The notes below the pieces were generated by a model, which saw only the letters and a program-made list of their open reading frames with translations, made no database searches and had not been told where the DNA came from. 60,448 nt of DNA from Candidatus Jordarchaeia archaeon (lineage in GTDB: Archaea > Asgardarchaeota > Jordiarchaeia > Jordiarchaeales > Jordiarchaeaceae): NCBI GenBank assembly GCA_029856435.1, contig JAHQXB010000079.1:1-60448 (forward strand). Direction: 5' to 3'. The translations under genes and the position numbers were made by a program. This document shows positions 57,956 to 60,448 of this stretch, one piece after another; the stretch's first letter is position 1, and each line of letters starts with the position of its first letter.

Positions 57956-59323
57956 TCAGTGTTTCATTCTCTCCTGATGTACGATATGCTGCCTCCTGTT
58001 AATCAATCTTGTGAATCTTTCTGATGAGGAGAGCCATAGAATAGCTGCTAACACAATTTGAGAAATTAGGAACGCCCCAGCAAAACCCAAAGCTTGAAAA
58101 TGCTGGCCTAACAACAGTATTCCCAGAACGTCAACCATGAGTGCCGAAACATATCCTACCAGTACAATTTTTGACCGCTCCTCACTAAGAAGTACGGAGG
58201 ACTTTATGTTGGCAAGGGTTGCGGGAATTACAGCTAGAGAAATGAGCTGAGTCGTTGGAATGCTACCAGTAAAATTGGGGAAGAGCCAGTTTATGAGATA
58301 GGGTGCAAGGGAGACACCAAGAACGGTGATGGCGACAGCAGCCAGTATACCGATGATTTCTACTTCACGCCTTACGGAACCAGCAGATTTCTCTGGAAGC
58401 AGATATGAAAGTAAACTCTGAGGAATAATCAAAAAGATTAGAAGAAATTGAAAAGCCAAATTGTAAGTCCCCAAGAACAGCAAACCGAAAAATAAGCCAA
58501 TAACAATTTTATCAAGGACGGTCCTTGAGGCTTGAGCCAATCCCATCCCCCAAGTATGAAGGGTAAAGGCCAACTTTGAACGGATCTCCGCAAAATGGAG
58601 GGACGCTCTTCGAACACTGAAAAGATCTCTAAAATAGTCGTAACTAACCAGATAGAATGGAACAATGTAGGCCACCAACATCAACTTCTCGATATCCTTA
58701 AGAAAATAACCCGAAAAAGCACAAAAAAAGTAGAAAACAGCCACCAAGCCGAGTTCTGCAACCCGGACAAAGGAAGTAATAAAAGCAAACCTCCTGTACT
58801 CTCGCCTACCCAAAGCTCGCGCCAAAGCAATAGTATAGAAAACAATGCCCAAAACCAGTGGAAGTATAAAAAGGAAGTCCAAATTTCCACCTATAAGCGC
58901 TTGCATCGAAAATTGCAAACCATATAAATTATCAGAACCAGCAGGAGCGGGGAGGAAAAATACATACAGGGCGGTTACCACCCCCACGATTAATCCCAAA
59001 ATAAAGGTGAGGAGGGCAGACTCCCTGATTAAATCGTCCTTCCCCTCCTTAGGATAAAAAGTAGAAATGGTGGCACTCAAACCCAAAACCGCAATAGAAG
59101 ACACAAAAAAACCCAAAGAAAGATAATAAGTTATGTAACCATAATTGGTAACACTCAGTATCCTCGCAGCAACCAGATAAAACAATCCACCCAAAACGGC
59201 GTTAACCAAGTTTCCAAAAGTAACATAAATAAAACCCTTGACCTTCAATCCTTGCCTTATCAATGCCAAAAAAGAGTTTGCATTTAGCACAGAAAACAAA
59301 TTCCGATCTTTTCTCTCGGCCAT
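57956..59323 (-). CDS. Oligosaccharide flippase (Wzx/MOP family)
   Basis: About 12-14 TM segments; RILS...YG, LDKIVIGLFFG...LGTYNLA. Start moved to MAERK. Confidence 0.85.
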   Translation of the reverse strand: MAERKDRNLFSVLNANSFLALIRQGLKVKGFIYVTFGNLVNAVLGGLFYLVAARILSVTNYGYITYYLSLGFFVSSIAVLGLSATISTFYPKEGKDDLIRESALLTFILGLIVGVVTALYVFFLPAPAGSDNLYGLQFSMQALIGGNLDFLFILPLVLGIVFYTIALARALGRREYRRFAFITSFVRVAELGLVAVFYFFCAFSGYFLKDIEKLMLVAYIVPFYLVSYDYFRDLFSVRRASLHFAEIRSKLAFTLHTWGMGLAQASRTVLDKIVIGLFFGLLFLGTYNLAFQFLLIFLIIPQSLLSYLLPEKSAGSVRREVEIIGILAAVAITVLGVSLAPYLINWLFPNFTGSIPTTQLISLAVIPATLANIKSSVLLSEERSKIVLVGYVSALMVDVLGILLLGQHFQALGFAGAFLISQIVLAAILWLSSSERFTRLINRRQHIVHQERMKH

Positions 59324-60018
59324 TTTGATACCTCTCATAAATGCATAAAGGGATAGGACTAGTATTATTCTTGGTGCCAACCGTCACAATAACTAATCCA
59401 AAGACATATATGAGAATAAAAGGAAATAGTAGTAAAATCCTATAAACCTTTTGATTAAATTTTAATTAGTACCTTCGACTCTCGAATCAGCTGAAGAGTG
59501 GCACACCTTCGCAAAAGGATTTAAACCACACCTAAACTCTTGATCCAAAGACATGTTCAACGAACACGACTCCACCCAGAATCCATTCCAAGTTTCAGCC
59601 TAATAGTAACTCAAACCACAACCAACACGCAGCTAAACATATGACAGCCATAACCACAAACAAGCCCATAAATGAGTTTAAAAATCTATGGAAGGTGAAA
59701 CAAACGAATCCCCCCAACAAAACTATTTTATGAAAACAAATCGGGTTCACAATATGTTATGATTGAAAGACACCTTTTTCTTTAAATGGTTCAACTTATT
59801 TACCGCTATTTTTTTTAAGGTAGGTCAGACAACTGCATACGAAGGGGATTTAACATTCTCTATTCTTGAAACAACTTTAGAGAATTCTGTCTCCAACGAA
59901 GGTAAGACGAAAAATTGCGGAACGAGCGTAATGGATGTAACGCTCTAAAAAGAACTAGAAGAGATGTAGCAAACTTTAATATTTGAATAGGTAATAATGC
60001 TTATTTATCTAAAAGAGT

Positions 60019-60448
60019 GTGAATGCTTTGAGTAGAGTTAGGATAAGAATTTTGGTGTTTCAAAATCTCTTATTGGAACTTGTGGAGGCAAAGGCGCGAT
60101 ACCTTTTATACTTGTTCATAGCAATTTACACGGTTGTCTTTTCGTATTTTACTGTGGTTAAGCATTTCGCCTTTCAAACATATGCTGGTGACCTAGGCAT
60201 ATTTGAACAGAGTCTTTGGTCCACGTTAAAGTGTGGACTTTTCTTCTATAACACCCCCGAATTAGGTACTCATTTTGCATATCACCTCGACCCCATACTT
60301 TACCTTCTCCTCCCAATCTATAACATTTATCCTAGTCCTTTGACTCTTCTGGTTTTGCAGTCCTTCTTTTTGTCGCTGGGGGCGGTTCCCATTTTCTGGC
60401 TTGCTAGGGATGAATTGGGAAGTGATAGGGCAGGGTTAGTTTTTGCAA
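60019..60448 (+). CDS. DUF2079-like (GT-C superfamily) membrane protein, 5' fragment
   Basis: Hand translation: YAGDLGIFEQSLWSTL..HFAYHLDPILYLLLPIY.IYP...LLVLQ; open to the window end. Not in the ORF track. Confidence 0.7.
   Translation, partial: MNALSRVRIRILVFQNLLLELVEAKARYLLYLFIAIYTVVFSYFTVVKHFAFQTYAGDLGIFEQSLWSTLKCGLFFYNTPELGTHFAYHLDPILYLLLPIYNIYPSPLTLLVLQSFFLSLGAVPIFWLARDELGSDRAGLVFA

Noticed and set aside
59504-59697. CACCTTC...GAAGGTG-bounded segment as another MITE
   Set aside because: The terminal match is short and gapped, the interior is unpaired A/C-rich sequence and there is no TSD.
59763-59948. 61-aa ORF before the DUF2079-like gene
   Set aside because: No recognisable motif, TTG start with weak RBS; cannot be supported as a gene.
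1-60448. CRISPR array, rRNA/tRNA genes, autonomous transposase or integrase
   Set aside because: No regularly spaced repeats, cloverleafs, rRNA-like GC-rich tracts or DDE/HUH/tyrosine-recombinase ORFs were seen by eye; a tRNAscan/Infernal run would be decisive.

Overview
A 60.4-kb archaeal chromosomal window. An Asgard archaeon is inferred from the roadblock, longin/uDENN-like, Rag-type GTPase, arrestin-like and V4R genes together with selenocysteine (Sec) use. About 50 CDSs are supported; I found no rRNA, tRNA, CRISPR array or transposase. Housekeeping and metabolic genes include cdc48, GMP synthase B, nadA, gcvPA/PB/T, AOR, a homocitrate/isopropylmalate synthase with a RAM domain, an HDAC-family deacetylase, GGR and a flippase. 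The ORF track misses or splits four genes: a wecB 5' end, hdrA (two in-frame TGA at Cys positions), mvhD (two TGA) and a DUF2079 5' end. hdrA and mvhD are each followed by a eukaryote-like AUGA/UGA SECIS hairpin. The strongest candidate for an undescribed system lies at about 28.4-42.5 kb on the minus strand. An NPRL2/uDENN-like longin protein, an FrhB-like Fe-S/flavin protein and an arrestin-fold protein all end in the same ~80-aa beta-rich module. They flank a Rag-type GTPase and sit upstream of four tandem dead-KaiC-V4R paralogs, suggesting a redox/F420-coupled proto-Rag/GATOR signalling complex. Other notable items are a CLN6-like membrane protein, a Urm1-like protein with a C-terminal extension, and several unrelated MITE-like hairpin elements that are all 179-181 bp. 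All homology calls are by eye from motifs; no database searches were run.
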